In this document: piece after piece, positions 63,553 to 64,000 of the stretch | Position numbering within the stretch: the stretch's first letter is position 1 | Layout: each line of letters opens with the position of its first letter | Assembly (NCBI GenBank): GCA_965655095.1 | Contig: OZ296649.1 | Location: forward strand, 63,860,001 to 63,924,000 | Origin: Haplodiscus bocki | Taxonomy: Eukaryota | Length of the DNA: 64,000 nucleotides | Direction: 5' to 3' | Made by a program: the position numbers and the translations under genes | The notes under the pieces: model-generated | Seen by the model: only the letters and a program-made list of their open reading frames with translations | The model's database searches: none | Told to the model about the DNA's origin: nothing

Positions 63553-64000
63553 TAGATCAACAACTACCACTAGAGAGGAACGTTGAAGTTAAGCCACTTC
63601 TGACTCAATGCTGAGGTTGGTTTACGTTTCAACAGTTCTTGCCCGTCTTTCCAGTATCGAAGTTACTAAACAGACCCTTCCCCGATTAGTTTATGTCCCT
63701 CCACGCCATAATGCATACGCAACGTAATGATTTAAGTTGTACGCGAGTGAATTTTAGCCAATAAGAAAAAAGTCCACTTTCGCATGGTAGGAATCAAACC
63801 TCTCGTTACTCTGTTGGAGAAGAATAAACGAAAACTATCCCACTTGCATTTTCATAGCGTTTTGAAAGATTCTCTTGATGTAAAATTCAACGAGAACAAA
63901 TGAATGGAATTGAGAAATTTTTTGATGAGCTGATGAACTGTTAAGAGTTTGAACATTTACGAGTAAAAAGTACCATTTTTTTCGGGTATTAAGGAAAAAG

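Noticed and set aside
14380-64000. Right TIR and polymerase/exonuclease domains of the Polinton
   Set aside because: No inverse copy of the 1957 terminus and no pPolB catalytic motifs were noticed by eye.

Overview
AT-rich, repeat-dense eukaryotic (most likely invertebrate animal) genomic DNA. No operons, rRNA, intact tRNA or CRISPR are visible, and most ORF-track entries are spurious. The main feature is a decayed, right-truncated Polinton/Maverick (adintovirus-like endogenous dsDNA virus) at ~1957-14380. It has an AGTAGT left terminus, then a compact minus-strand block: cysteine protease, major capsid, small QRGxG protein, minor capsid, rve integrase, two conserved small proteins, packaging ATPase and a small membrane protein. 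An accessory block follows: a DEDD nuclease with a Maelstrom-like E-C-H-C signature, two PC4-like proteins, orphan ORFs and a 31-bp minisatellite. A divergently oriented zinc-finger/vOTU-like N-terminus of the protein-primed DNA polymerase is cut off at ~14380. The Polinton interrupts the gag of an LTR retrotransposon. A related ~1.8-kb solo LTR (57093-58872) carries the first ~125 gag-like codons inside the LTR. The remainder holds LINE relics, two non-autonomous CCC-ended DNA transposons, dispersed repeats, a 200-N gap and a few weak host-exon candidates. All family assignments come from motif recognition by eye; no database search was run.
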